DNA of 64,000 bases from Acidobacteriaceae bacterium (GTDB lineage: Bacteria; Acidobacteriota; Terriglobia; Terriglobales; Acidobacteriaceae): positions 6,898-70,897 of the forward strand of contig DASZAG010000131.1 in NCBI GenBank assembly GCA_035945555.1, in the 5' to 3' direction. A program made the position numbers and the translations under genes. The notes under the pieces were generated by a model. It was not told the origin of the DNA, did not search any database, and saw nothing but the letters and a program-made list of their open reading frames with translations. How positions within the stretch are numbered: position 1 is the first letter of the stretch; every line of letters starts with the position of its first letter. Positions 28,297 through 38,222 of the stretch are shown here, one piece after another.

Positions 28297-28998
28297 ATGA
28301 GCGCGGCTACATCGACAACCGGGATCAATTTACCGCAAAGGGCGCCGAACTTTTGGCAATCAACCAACGGCAAGAAGATTGTGATGGCCGTTACGGGCTT
28401 CATACTTTTCCTTTTTGTCATAGGGCATCTGCTGGGCAACCTGCTGGTGTTTGCCGGACCTGCGCGATATAACTCATATGCGGCGATCTTGCATTTTGAC
28501 GACACGCTGCTGTGGATTGCTCGCATTATTCTGATTGGCTCGGTCGTGCTGCACATTGTTGCCACCGTGCAGTTGGCGCTGCGGAACAAGGCTGCCCGCC
28601 CTGTAGGCTATGCGCGCAAAAAGGCGATCAATTCCTCCTATGCGTCGCGGACGATGTACTGGTCGGGCCCGATCATTCTGGCCTTCGTCATCTTCCACCT
28701 GCTGGAGTTCACCTCCGGAACAATTCATCCCAATTCGGTGTTCATTCCGCACGATGTTTACCACAACGTGCTCGCGGGCTTCCAGGTTTGGTGGGTTTCG
28801 GCATGGTACATTTTTGCGCTTATCCTGCTGGGATTTCATCTGCGTCATGGCCTCTGGAGCATGCTGCAATCTTTCGGCATGCCGCAGTCTCCGGCCCGGG
28901 AGCGGGTCCTGAAAAGGACAGCGTTGGCTATATCGGCCGTCATCGTCATTGGATACATTCTGATTCCCATCAGCGTACTTACGGGGCTACTCAAGTAA
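28297..28998 (+). CDS. sdhC: Succinate dehydrogenase/fumarate reductase cytochrome b subunit (b558 single-anchor type)
   Basis: It is a five-helix membrane protein with conserved His-containing helices (GHLLGNL, LHIVATV, FHLLEF, GFHLRHGLW). It lies immediately upstream of sdhA. The ATG at 28297 is preferred over the TTG at 28285. Confidence 0.8.
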   Translation: MSAATSTTGINLPQRAPNFWQSTNGKKIVMAVTGFILFLFVIGHLLGNLLVFAGPARYNSYAAILHFDDTLLWIARIILIGSVVLHIVATVQLALRNKAARPVGYARKKAINSSYASRTMYWSGPIILAFVIFHLLEFTSGTIHPNSVFIPHDVYHNVLAGFQVWWVSAWYIFALILLGFHLRHGLWSMLQSFGMPQSPARERVLKRTALAISAVIVIGYILIPISVLTGLLK

Positions 28999-30912
28999 AT
29001 GAAACTCGACGCAAGAATTCCTTCTGGCCCAATTGAAAAGGCGTGGGAAAAATCCCTCTTCGATATGAAGCTGGTGAACCCCGCCAATAAGCGCAAGCAC
29101 ACCGTTCTGGTGCTCGGATCGGGGCTCGCCGGCGCCTCTGCAGCCGCATCGCTCGGAGAGCTTGGCTATCGCGTCCGCTGTTTCTGCTTCCAGGATTCGC
29201 CGCGCCGCGCGCACTCCATTGCCGCACAGGGCGGCATTAATGCCGCCAAGAATTATCAGAACGACGGCGACAGCGTTTATCGCCTGTTTTACGACACCGT
29301 AAAGGGTGGCGATTTCCGCTCACGCGAAGCCAATGTGTACCGGCTCGCTGAAAACAGCGTGAAGATCATTGATCAGTGCGTCGCTCAGGGTGTTCCCTTC
29401 GCTCGCGAATACGGTGGCACGCTCACCAACAGGTCGTTTGGCGGAGCACAGGTTTCACGCACCTTTTACGCGCGTGGGCAGACCGGTCAGCAACTGCTGC
29501 TCGGAGCCTATCAGGCGCTGGAGCGGCAAGTACGTGCCGGAACCGTCACCATGTTCTCGCGCACGGAAATGCTGGATCTGATCGTGATCGATGGGCAGGC
29601 GCGAGGCATTGTGACGCGCAACCTTGTTACCGGCGAATTGAGCGTCCACTTAGGTGACGCGATTGTGATGGCAACAGGTGGTTATGGCAACGTCTATTAC
29701 CTGTCGACAAACGCCAAGGGATCGAACGCGACAGCAATATGGCGTGCACACAAGCGTGGGGCACTTTTTGCAAATCCCTGCTTTACTCAGATTCATCCCA
29801 CCTGCATTCCCGTCTCGGGCGACTACCAGTCGAAGCTGACTCTGATGTCAGAGTCGCTGCGCAACGACGGCCGCATCTGGGTCCCTAAGCAGAAGGGTGA
29901 CAAGCGTCCTCCCAATCAGATTCCATCGGAGGACCGCGACTACTATCTGGAGCGCCGCTATCCTGCCTTCGGCAATCTGGTTCCGCGTGACGTGGCTTCG
30001 CGCAACGCGAAAAATATGTGCGACGAAGGCCGCGGGGTGGGCGAAAGCGGTCTCGGTGTCTATCTGGATTTCAAAGAGGCGATTGGACGGTTAGGCGAGC
30101 AGACGATCCGCGAACGCTACGGCAATCTGTTCGACATGTACCAGCGCATCACTGACGAGGATCCTTATAAAGTTCCAATGCGCATTTACCCCGCCATTCA
30201 CTATACGATGGGTGGCCTGTGGGTCGACTACAACCTGCAAAGCACCATTCCGGGGCTCTTTGTCGCGGGCGAAGCAAACTTCTCAGACCATGGAGCCAAT
30301 CGCCTCGGCGCAAGCGCGCTCATGCAGGGTCTGTCGGACGGCTACTTCATCATTCCCTACACCGTCGGGAATTATCTTGCGACCGCGAAGCCCGCCAAAG
30401 TTGATGAATCGCGCCCCGAGGTTCGGGATGCAATGGTTGCAGTTCGAACGAACATAGACAAGTTGCTCTCCATCAAGGGCAAACGCACCGTCGACTCCTT
30501 CCATCGTGAACTGGGCCGGTTGGTATGGGAATACTGCGGAATGTCACGTAATGCGGAAGGGCTGGAGACCGCCGTCGGCAATATTCGCGAACTCCGCCAC
30601 GAATACTGGCGGGATGTAACTGTTCCCGGAAGCGGCGATGACTTGAACCAAAGCCTTGAGAAAGCGGGCCGGGTTGCGGACTTCTTCGAACTTGCCGAGT
30701 TAATGTGCATCGATGCGCGAGATCGAAATGAAAGCTGCGGCGGACATTTCCGCGAGGAGTACCAGACTCCCGACGGCGAGGCGCAACGCGACGATGAACA
30801 CTTCTCCTATGTGGCCGCCTGGGGTTACACCGGTCCGGATAGTCCACCGGTTCTGACCAAGGAGCCGCTTGAATTCGAATACGTTCACCCCAGCCAGAGG
30901 AGCTATAAATAA
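28999..30912 (+). CDS. sdhA: Succinate dehydrogenase flavoprotein subunit
   Basis: Matching blocks are [14 protein letters not shown] (FAD fold), [12 protein letters not shown] (covalent FAD His), FHPT-like IHPTCIP and [10 protein letters not shown]. Confidence 0.92.
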   Translation: MKLDARIPSGPIEKAWEKSLFDMKLVNPANKRKHTVLVLGSGLAGASAAASLGELGYRVRCFCFQDSPRRAHSIAAQGGINAAKNYQNDGDSVYRLFYDTVKGGDFRSREANVYRLAENSVKIIDQCVAQGVPFAREYGGTLTNRSFGGAQVSRTFYARGQTGQQLLLGAYQALERQVRAGTVTMFSRTEMLDLIVIDGQARGIVTRNLVTGELSVHLGDAIVMATGGYGNVYYLSTNAKGSNATAIWRAHKRGALFANPCFTQIHPTCIPVSGDYQSKLTLMSESLRNDGRIWVPKQKGDKRPPNQIPSEDRDYYLERRYPAFGNLVPRDVASRNAKNMCDEGRGVGESGLGVYLDFKEAIGRLGEQTIRERYGNLFDMYQRITDEDPYKVPMRIYPAIHYTMGGLWVDYNLQSTIPGLFVAGEANFSDHGANRLGASALMQGLSDGYFIIPYTVGNYLATAKPAKVDESRPEVRDAMVAVRTNIDKLLSIKGKRTVDSFHRELGRLVWEYCGMSRNAEGLETAVGNIRELRHEYWRDVTVPGSGDDLNQSLEKAGRVADFFELAELMCIDARDRNESCGGHFREEYQTPDGEAQRDDEHFSYVAAWGYTGPDSPPVLTKEPLEFEYVHPSQRSYK

Positions 30913-31739
30913 TGAAATTGACACTGAAGATCTGGCGACAAAAGAGCGGCGGTGACAAAGGCAAATTCGTCAGCTACACGGTGGATGACGTAAACGCCGA
31001 AATGTCGATGCTGGAATGTCTCGACGTGCTGAACGAGACTCTGATCGAACGCGGTGAAGAGCCAGTTGCCTTCGAGCACGACTGTCGCGAAGGCATCTGT
31101 GGATCATGCGGCTTCATGATCAACGGCGTGGCACACGGCCCGGAACGTGCGACCACCGTATGCCAGCTCACAATGCGGCATTTCAAAAATGGGGAGGAAC
31201 TCGTCCTCGAGCCGTGGCGAGCAAAGCCGTTTCTGCCTCTCAAGGACTTAGTGGTTGATCGCCGCGCTTTCGATCGCATCATTGAAGCGGGTGGGTATAT
31301 TTCGGTGTCAACGGGCAATGCCCCGGACGGCAATGCCATTCTCGTAGGCAAGGAGACCGCCGACCACGCCATGGACGCGGCAGCCTGCATAGGGTGTGGA
31401 GCCTGCGTGGCCGCATGCCCCAATGCTTCTGCCGCGCTATTTACTGGAGCGAAAATCACCCATCTCGGTCTATTGCCGCAGGGCGAAATCGAAAAGGACG
31501 AACGCGCGCTGAACATGGTGGCGCAGATGAATCTTGAAGGTTTCGGCAACTGCACGAACATAGGCGAGTGCACCGCCGCGTGCCCCAAGGAAATTCCGCT
31601 CCAGGTTATCGCGACCATGAACCGCGATTTTCGGATTGCCAGCCCTAAGAGGCACGAACAGCGCATGCGTTGCGTTCGTCCTATGACTGAATGGAGCAAC
31701 GGATCGAAGCTGGACATCGACCCCAACGCCACTAGCTAG
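30912..31739 (+). CDS. sdhB: Succinate dehydrogenase iron-sulfur subunit
   Basis: The cluster ligand sets are [22 protein letters not shown] and [12 protein letters not shown]. Its start overlaps the sdhA stop by 1 nt. Confidence 0.92.
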   Translation: MKLTLKIWRQKSGGDKGKFVSYTVDDVNAEMSMLECLDVLNETLIERGEEPVAFEHDCREGICGSCGFMINGVAHGPERATTVCQLTMRHFKNGEELVLEPWRAKPFLPLKDLVVDRRAFDRIIEAGGYISVSTGNAPDGNAILVGKETADHAMDAAACIGCGACVAACPNASAALFTGAKITHLGLLPQGEIEKDERALNMVAQMNLEGFGNCTNIGECTAACPKEIPLQVIATMNRDFRIASPKRHEQRMRCVRPMTEWSNGSKLDIDPNATS

Positions 31740-31866
31740 TTCCGCTCCAATGCCGCTCGTGATTCGCAAAGTCGTCAAGACCGAGGAAGAAGTCGTCTAT
31801 TTCCGGCCCCGAGTAGCAGTCAATAGCCAAAGCGGTTTACTCTGAAATGTGAAATCTCCTGATTAC

Positions 31867-32601
31867 ATGAGAACCATTCGCCACGCCCTTTTGCTTTGTA
31901 CCGCTACTTCCCTGTTTGCAGCGTGTGCTTTTGCGCAGCAATCTTCCACCGCCTCCTCGGCAAGTCAGCCACTTCCCGATTCGCCCGACGCGCAATCAAA
32001 CGTCAGCCCTCAGCCTACTGGACCTACTGCTGTATTCGACACCTCCATGGGCCGCATGACCTGCAAGCTTTTCTCGCAGGAAGCTCCGAAGACTGTCGCC
32101 AACTTTATCGGATTGGCCGAAGGCACAAAGGATTGGACAAACCCTGCGACACACCAGCTAATGCATGGCAAGACGTTTTATAACGGAACCACGTTTCACC
32201 GAGTCATCCCGGGCTTCATGATTCAGGGCGGAGATCCGCTGGGTACTGGAGAGGGTGGTCCCGGTTACGCCATTCCTGACGAGTTTGCTCCTAACCTGAA
32301 TTATGACGTTTCAGGAAGACTCGCAATGGCCAACTCCGGGCCGAATACCGACGGTTCTCAATTCTTTATTACAACTGCACCCTTCCTAAAAGGTAATCAA
32401 ACCTACACCATCTTCGGACAGTGCGACCAGCACAGCGTGTTGGTGGCCGAATCTATTGCCGATGTGGAGCGCGATTCAAATGACAAACCGCTCACACCGG
32501 TGGTTCTGGAGAAGATCACAATCGTGCAGCAAGGCCAGCCAATTCCACCTCCGCCATCGGCAGGAGCTCCCGACGCGCCGGCAGCTACACCTCAAAATTA
32601 A
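31867..32601 (+). CDS. Secreted cyclophilin-type peptidyl-prolyl cis-trans isomerase
   Basis: Signal [25 protein letters not shown] Ser/Pro-rich linker and then [15 protein letters not shown] and GSQFFIT follow. A Pro-rich C-terminal tail is present. Confidence 0.85.
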   Translation: MRTIRHALLLCTATSLFAACAFAQQSSTASSASQPLPDSPDAQSNVSPQPTGPTAVFDTSMGRMTCKLFSQEAPKTVANFIGLAEGTKDWTNPATHQLMHGKTFYNGTTFHRVIPGFMIQGGDPLGTGEGGPGYAIPDEFAPNLNYDVSGRLAMANSGPNTDGSQFFITTAPFLKGNQTYTIFGQCDQHSVLVAESIADVERDSNDKPLTPVVLEKITIVQQGQPIPPPPSAGAPDAPAATPQN

Positions 32602-32621
32602 TTTCCAAAGGAGTATCTCTA

Positions 32622-33149
32622 ATGAATCGTCAACCAGGAACCTATGCCGTCTTTAACACCAGCGAGGGCCGCATCGTTGCCCGCCTATTCGAGAAGGAAG
32701 CGCCGAAGACAGTCGCAAATTTTGTCGAGCTAGCCGAAGGCAAACGCGAATGGACTCATCCGGTGACACATAAAAAGAGCAGCGACAAGCTCTACGACGG
32801 CGGTGTATTCCATCGCGTCATTCCCGACTTTATGATTCAGGGCGGAGATCCGGCCGGCACTGGTTTTGGTGGTCCCGGTTATAAATTCGAAGACGAGACA
32901 AAAGGCTCGCCGCACAAGTTTAGCGCTCCTGGAAAGCTGGCTATGGCCAATGCCGGCCCGAACACCAACGGGTCGCAGTTCTTCATCACTGTGGCGGCCA
33001 CGGACTGGCTCACAGGCAAGCACACCATCTTCGGCGAGGTGGTTGAGGGGCAGGATGTGGCTGAAAAAATCTCGCGCGTTCCCCGGGGCGCACAGGACAA
33101 GCCGCACAAGCCAGTGGTCATTGAATCCCTGGCGATTGAGCGAGCCTGA
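32622..33149 (+). CDS. ppiB: Cytoplasmic cyclophilin-type peptidyl-prolyl cis-trans isomerase
   Basis: AAGGAG RBS. Matching blocks are [33 protein letters not shown] and [10 protein letters not shown]. Confidence 0.88.
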   Translation: MNRQPGTYAVFNTSEGRIVARLFEKEAPKTVANFVELAEGKREWTHPVTHKKSSDKLYDGGVFHRVIPDFMIQGGDPAGTGFGGPGYKFEDETKGSPHKFSAPGKLAMANAGPNTNGSQFFITVAATDWLTGKHTIFGEVVEGQDVAEKISRVPRGAQDKPHKPVVIESLAIERA

Positions 33150-33223
33150 GCCGCGAGTGGCCGTAAGGGAGGGTTGTGGGGCTTGCAGCCCCGAACTCCA
33201 TTCCGGATTTCGGAGATTTCTGC

Positions 33224-34417
33224 ATGCCTTCTGACAAACGGCCGTTTGGCCCGATAGATTTCAAGACACGCTTTCCGGCACTCGACGGAATTCGCGCGTT
33301 GGCGATTACGCTGGTCTTCGCGCGCCACTATGGTGGCGGCTCGCACGGGGGCATGATGCTGCAGGTGGTCAACGCTGTGCGCGAGCGCGGCTGGGTAGGC
33401 GTGGACCTTTTTTTTGTACTATCAGGATTCCTGATTACAGGAATCCTGTACGACACGAGAGCGGACTCGCGGTATTTCTCGCGCTTCTATATCCGCCGTT
33501 CGCTCCGCATCCTGCCGGTTTTCTATATTGTTGTGGCGTTGCTGTTGCTGTTGACGCCGATCTTCCATTATGAATGGCACTGGATTCAGCTGACATTTGT
33601 CTTTTATGTCGGCAACTTCTTTGCCAACTTTCATTGGGACTTGTACGGCATGATCAGCGCAAATCACCCGGCTGCAAGCGTGAGCATCAGCCATTTTTGG
33701 TCGCTGTGCGTGGAAGAGCAATTTTATCTGGTCTGGCCGCTGGTGGTGTGGTTCGTGCGTGACCGGGTTAAGCTGATTCAAGTCGCGATTGCGATTTCGG
33801 CATTGTCGCTGGCTCTCCGCGTTGCGATGATCTCGAAATTTGGCCTCGTAATCGGAGCGACCTGGATCATTCGGACGCTACCATTCCGCATGGATTCGTT
33901 GCTGATCGGGGGCGTTCTGGCCCTGCTGCTGCGCGGCCCAGCGGCTGATCGATGGCAGCGCGCGTCGAAATGGGTCTTTTGGGTGTTCCTCGGAGCTGTG
34001 CTGGCAATCTTCACCCTGTCGCCTGCTGACAACTCTCCCTGGCTCCTTTCGGTGGGATTGACATGTACTGCGCTGGCGGGCGCGGGCCTAATCGGGATGG
34101 CCTTACGGTCGGAATCACCGGTATACCGACTATTTCATCTAAGGCCACTGCGCGTACTGGGCAAGTACAGCTATGGGTTCTACGTCTATCATTTGCTGTT
34201 CCGTGCGGCGTGGCTTTCTGCGCTGGTATATCTGGAGGAGCATCTGCACTCCCTAGCTTCGGCGGGACTCATTCTGTTGCCGGTGAATTTCCTCTTAGTT
34301 TTCCTTGTGTCGAAAGCCAGCTACGATCTGATCGAGGTACGATTCCTACATCTCAAGCGATATTTCCAATACGATTCAGAGCGCGCGCAGTATCATCACT
34401 CACTCGCGGGTCGATAA
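33224..34417 (+). CDS. Acyltransferase family 3 (OafA-like O-acyltransferase) membrane protein
   Basis: Matching blocks are FPALDGIRALAITLVFARH, VDLFFVLSGFLITGIL and FWSLCVEEQFYLVWP, with about 10 TM helices. The ATG at 33224 is preferred over the GTG at 33176. Confidence 0.85.
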   Translation: MPSDKRPFGPIDFKTRFPALDGIRALAITLVFARHYGGGSHGGMMLQVVNAVRERGWVGVDLFFVLSGFLITGILYDTRADSRYFSRFYIRRSLRILPVFYIVVALLLLLTPIFHYEWHWIQLTFVFYVGNFFANFHWDLYGMISANHPAASVSISHFWSLCVEEQFYLVWPLVVWFVRDRVKLIQVAIAISALSLALRVAMISKFGLVIGATWIIRTLPFRMDSLLIGGVLALLLRGPAADRWQRASKWVFWVFLGAVLAIFTLSPADNSPWLLSVGLTCTALAGAGLIGMALRSESPVYRLFHLRPLRVLGKYSYGFYVYHLLFRAAWLSALVYLEEHLHSLASAGLILLPVNFLLVFLVSKASYDLIEVRFLHLKRYFQYDSERAQYHHSLAGR

Positions 34418-34537
34418 ACATGCTGGACCTCGGAAGTACGGTCGACAGTCCTCTTCGCCACATTTGCGGGAGGACTTCAATCTCATTGATCGGGCCTTTT
34501 AGGACAGAGATCTATAAGGAATCTATGGCTCTGAAGT

Positions 34538-35395
34538 TTATCGTTCAACATTCGGATCGAGCGGCTGGTCTATAGATGAGGGCGAAGCGGAGAACGTGGG
34601 CTGGTCCAAATCGTCCTGTAGCTGACGCTCGGGGTCCGGATTCAGATCCTTATCGACGGGGCTATGCAAAGCCGACGCTTCACCCAGTGGGCCATTCCTT
34701 CTGAGCAAACTGCGCCGCCTCTGCCCCCTAGGTTTGGGGCGGAGGCTCGGGTTCAGGAATTGCGTTGTTTGCATATCACGCAATCCGACACTCAGACTCG
34801 GGCTCCACGCGAGCGGACTTTCAGTTCCAGGGTCGGGCGGACTGGCAAAGGTTGCCCTTTGCGTGCTATCGGGGAAATTCTCTTGGTAGATATCGAACTC
34901 GCCGCCTGAGTCTGAAAGGTCGCTCGCGATAGATTGGGGCTTAGTCTCGGCCCGCAATTTGTCTGAGGTTCGTTGTGTCGCTCCCCGTCCAAGTACCCCG
35001 CCCGCCGTCCTGGGCGCCCGAGAAGAAATCGATCGATTCACAGAACGAATTTCGGCATATCGGCCGCGATTTGACTGGCGCCGCGCAGCTCGCCATCCAC
35101 GGATGGCGGTTGATGATGGAGCGGAAGGAACTCTATCAGCCTGAACAATCGCTTCGACATTTTCCGTTACGTCACTGTTAACCTGAACACTCGGCAACTC
35201 GCCTTGCGCGAGGGGATGGATCGCAGCCTTTACGTGCTCTCCACCTGAATTCGACGCCTGTGGCATCGACGAAATATTGCTGTCAATTTGGGCGGACGGC
35301 AGGCTGGCGTCGAGGCTCTGGCCCATGGCGAAGCAGGCATAAGACAGTGCGAGCATACAGAGCCATACGAGTCGACATTTGCTGTTGCGCTTCAT
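34538..35395 (-). CDS. Secreted, Ser/Pro/Arg/Gln-rich low-complexity (probably disordered) protein
   Basis: The start was trimmed to the ATG at 35395 (MKRNSKCRLVWLCMLALSYACFAMGQ signal). The rest lacks hydrophobic core segments. It lies downstream of, and co-oriented with, the Wzy-like/Wza/Wzc genes. Confidence 0.45.
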   Translation of the reverse strand: MKRNSKCRLVWLCMLALSYACFAMGQSLDASLPSAQIDSNISSMPQASNSGGEHVKAAIHPLAQGELPSVQVNSDVTENVEAIVQADRVPSAPSSTAIRGWRAARRQSNRGRYAEIRSVNRSISSRAPRTAGGVLGRGATQRTSDKLRAETKPQSIASDLSDSGGEFDIYQENFPDSTQRATFASPPDPGTESPLAWSPSLSVGLRDMQTTQFLNPSLRPKPRGQRRRSLLRRNGPLGEASALHSPVDKDLNPDPERQLQDDLDQPTFSASPSSIDQPLDPNVER

Positions 35396-35485
35396 TCCAC
35401 CTTTTCTTGCACTTAGCGTGCCCCTCGAAGAAGACCACGCGTGCGCCGACAGCGGCATATCTCACTATCAGGATATAACGAAAAC

Positions 35486-37198
35486 TCATGCTCCGCGCTG
35501 CGGGACATCCTCCGCTCGCAGTGCCCAGCCCAGCACTAACGATGACACCGCTTTCGTAAGTATGAACGCAACTGCATATACCAACGCCACCTCGATAACT
35601 CCACGGGTGAATACTCCTAGATAAGAGGCGACGTCCTGGAGCCCAAATACCGTAACGATCGTTGCGTAGGAAAATAACGCGCCAGCGATAATGGGGTTAA
35701 ATGCAGTATATTGAGCTGTCTGCTGTCCTCGGTTGTCCGCATCCGCCGTCAAATCGCAGCGCGCATCTAAGACGACGAATAGAACCGTCGACATGAGCAC
35801 CACGTAGAGTGGCCACATCATTCCGAGCGTAGCGTTTAAGATTACTAATCCAAATCCTTCCCTAAATCCTGTAGCAGGATTCCCGGTGGCCAAGTGGTAT
35901 AAATAGTCTTCGCTAGATCCGCCTAGCACCTCTCTCTTATCCAGACGTAGATGTAAGGCCCGCAGAAACGGTTCAGGTAGTATGGCTATTACTCGATCAC
36001 GTTCGATTTTCCTGAAGTACGAGAGGTCTCCCAGGGATGCTACTCCATTTGCTGCGTTAATCGATATATCGGTAAACCGCACGTTCCCGATTCTATCCAG
36101 GAAAATGTTGTTGTAGTAGGTTTCATCGTAGCGGTGAAAAGAGCGGCTCGCCCCCGCTTCAATTGCTTTGACTGCTATCCCGCTTCGGTATACGCTCCAC
36201 GTCTCTCTTGCCAGTTCGCGAGGCGATACGCTGCCTCTCATTTTTCGCACTACAACCATCGATGCGGCCATATTGGTAAATGGCCCCGTAACAATCCAAG
36301 CGCAGGCAAGTAGGATCACGAACGATCGGAATGTGAGTCTTGGGGGAGAGATCGTTCCAGTCAAGACCCTGTAACCATACACAAGGACAAGAGAAGCGAA
36401 ACCGGTAAACAAGTAACTCCTGCTGTTCGCCATGAAGGAAACTGCGATAACCAAAATGCTATACACAACAAGGCCAAGGCGAATCGGCCGAAGACGCGGC
36501 TGGTAGCGAGGATCGAGAAGATTTGGGAATGCCATGAAGTATGGCGTATAGATCAGCGGTTGAAACACACGCATGATAGACGATACGGTGGTTGTCTCTC
36601 CTCCGTGCGTGAGTTGGAGGTTTCCGAGTGTAGCGGCAACCCCCATGAAACCCATAAGCCAGAACTGAAGAGGATCCGGCATTTCGAAGAAGTGCAATGG
36701 GCGATAAACAAAATTGGCAAGCGACCATCTTGCCCTCGCGTAGGGCGAGAACACGCGGTACACGTAGTGAGCCACCACAAGGGCGAGCATACCTGTAAGT
36801 CCGTATGCCCACACGAGGATATGATGAGTCAGATTGTGAAGGACGCTGTGAAAATCAAGCAACTGACCTAGGGGTGCGATTATAAAATACGAGATCGTAT
36901 ATCCCAGAATTGCCAGCGTTGACAGCGGGTACTCAGTAAGAAATGGCCGATTCAGCGAGTAAAATAGCCCGATGAATGCGCCGCACAGCAGCATAGCGGA
37001 CGCAGCGAGATTGTCAGTGCTGAAGAATATGATCAGCTGTAAAAGTACCGCAACAGACACAACCAGCAATATTGCATTTCTGACTCGGGCCAGATTAACG
37101 CTGGATACCAGCCTCTCGCTAGTTGATTGAGGGGCCGTCGCTGCTGTGATGGGCTGCGGCATAGTTATGTCAACCTGCTTGCACGAAACACTGCTCAA
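35486..37198 (-). CDS. Polytopic membrane protein, possible Wzy-type polysaccharide polymerase
   Basis: It has about 12 predicted hydrophobic helices flanking a soluble loop of roughly 150 aa. Sampled lines give about 48-52 % GC, noticeably below the neighbours. Its position directly downstream of wzc-wza fits a polymerase. I recognise no diagnostic motif. Confidence 0.4.
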   Translation of the reverse strand: MSSVSCKQVDITMPQPITAATAPQSTSERLVSSVNLARVRNAILLVVSVAVLLQLIIFFSTDNLAASAMLLCGAFIGLFYSLNRPFLTEYPLSTLAILGYTISYFIIAPLGQLLDFHSVLHNLTHHILVWAYGLTGMLALVVAHYVYRVFSPYARARWSLANFVYRPLHFFEMPDPLQFWLMGFMGVAATLGNLQLTHGGETTTVSSIMRVFQPLIYTPYFMAFPNLLDPRYQPRLRPIRLGLVVYSILVIAVSFMANSRSYLFTGFASLVLVYGYRVLTGTISPPRLTFRSFVILLACAWIVTGPFTNMAASMVVVRKMRGSVSPRELARETWSVYRSGIAVKAIEAGASRSFHRYDETYYNNIFLDRIGNVRFTDISINAANGVASLGDLSYFRKIERDRVIAILPEPFLRALHLRLDKREVLGGSSEDYLYHLATGNPATGFREGFGLVILNATLGMMWPLYVVLMSTVLFVVLDARCDLTADADNRGQQTAQYTAFNPIIAGALFSYATIVTVFGLQDVASYLGVFTRGVIEVALVYAVAFILTKAVSSLVLGWALRAEDVPQRGA

Positions 37199-37274
37199 TC
37201 CATGCTAAGCAAGAGGCTCGTGGCGTGATGAGTGCCTTCCTCGCACGATCATGAATCAGGAGTCCGCTTGAATC

Positions 37275-38222
37275 TCAAAAAGTCCCAGTAGAGGAGGAGT
37301 ACACAACCGCTGTTTGTGCGGCCGCGATAATCGCTTCCATTCCCCGATAGGCGAGCGTCTTGCCGAGACTCATCGGAAGATACACGATATCGCCATCCTC
37401 AACGTTGATATCTGCTTGCTTCCCTTCCAATATGCGCTTGAGGTCGAGCGTTATTTGCTCGTGACCGCCCGGAACCGCGCGAACAAGGCGCGCCTTACTT
37501 AAAGCTGCAGCCTGATTCCATCCGCCGGCGAGGGTAAGCGCCTGCATAAGCGAGATGTGCTCATTGTTATCGATGAGAAATCCTCCCGCCTTGTTCACCG
37601 CGCCCAGGATATAGACGATCCCTGCCCTTCCCACCACGATGGTGTCGCCCGGCTGGACCACTGGATTCTCCTGGCGCCCCAGCGCTTGGGCCTTCTGGAC
37701 CAGCCTGATGATCTGAGGATGCTGAGGATCCGACCTGTGGGCAATCGTGACAATCTTTCCAGCGGACGGCTGAAACCCTCCAGCCATGGCAATTACATCT
37801 AGGAGGCGCCGGTCGCCAAAGGTCGGATAGACGCCCGGCGTTCTGACTTCACCCAATATTGTGGCTCCCTGAGTCGCATACTCAACCACTGTTACGGTAA
37901 CGTGCGGCTGGAGCATGATTCCCCGACCGCGCAATTGCGATTCGATGCGGCGCGCTGCTTGGTCGGCATTGAGGCCAGCGATCTGCACCTGGCCTAAAAC
38001 CGGCAAATTCACCTGGCCAGCCTGGCTCACGCGCGCAGTAGGCTGAGACAACTCAGGAGTATCAAAAACTTCGACGTCCAGCACGTCGCCGGGGCCGATG
38101 ACGATCGCAGGTGCGGCCGCAGCTTCTGGCATCGATGGTTTCGTCTGGGTCAGTGCTGAGAGTCCAGGTGTTAGACATACGCACCACAGAACAGCCCAGA
38201 GGACACTGTTAGTTTTTGCCAT
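37275..38222 (-). CDS. wza: Polysaccharide export protein (Wza/Poly_export + SLBB type)
   Basis: The start was trimmed to the ATG at 38222 (MAKTNSVLWAVLWCVCLTPGLSA signal), overlapping the wzc stop by 14 nt. Matching blocks are IGPGDVLDVEVF, V.Q.G.VNLP.LG.V..AGL and SLBB-like GEVRTPGVYP / GAVNKAGGF repeats. Confidence 0.8.
   Translation of the reverse strand: MAKTNSVLWAVLWCVCLTPGLSALTQTKPSMPEAAAAPAIVIGPGDVLDVEVFDTPELSQPTARVSQAGQVNLPVLGQVQIAGLNADQAARRIESQLRGRGIMLQPHVTVTVVEYATQGATILGEVRTPGVYPTFGDRRLLDVIAMAGGFQPSAGKIVTIAHRSDPQHPQIIRLVQKAQALGRQENPVVQPGDTIVVGRAGIVYILGAVNKAGGFLIDNNEHISLMQALTLAGGWNQAAALSKARLVRAVPGGHEQITLDLKRILEGKQADINVEDGDIVYLPMSLGKTLAYRGMEAIIAAAQTAVVYSSSTGTF

Noticed and set aside
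28106-28297. A 63-aa minus-strand ORF in the GH127-sdhC intergenic region.
   Set aside because: It has no RBS and no motif. It overlaps the predicted GH127 terminator and a promoter-like TTGACG-N18-AATAAT upstream of sdhC, so the region is more plausibly non-coding regulatory DNA.
31740-31848. A GTCGTC...GTCGTC direct repeat after sdhB, considered as a terminator.
   Set aside because: The repeats are direct rather than inverted, so there is no stable hairpin and no U-tract.
33408-33415. A T8 homopolymer inside the OafA-like acyltransferase, considered as a possible phase-variation tract.
   Set aside because: It encodes the conserved LFF of the VDLFFVLSGF family motif. Eight T is short for slipped-strand switching, and similar A7/T7 runs occur in other ordinary genes here (352-358, 16415-16421, 48447-48453).
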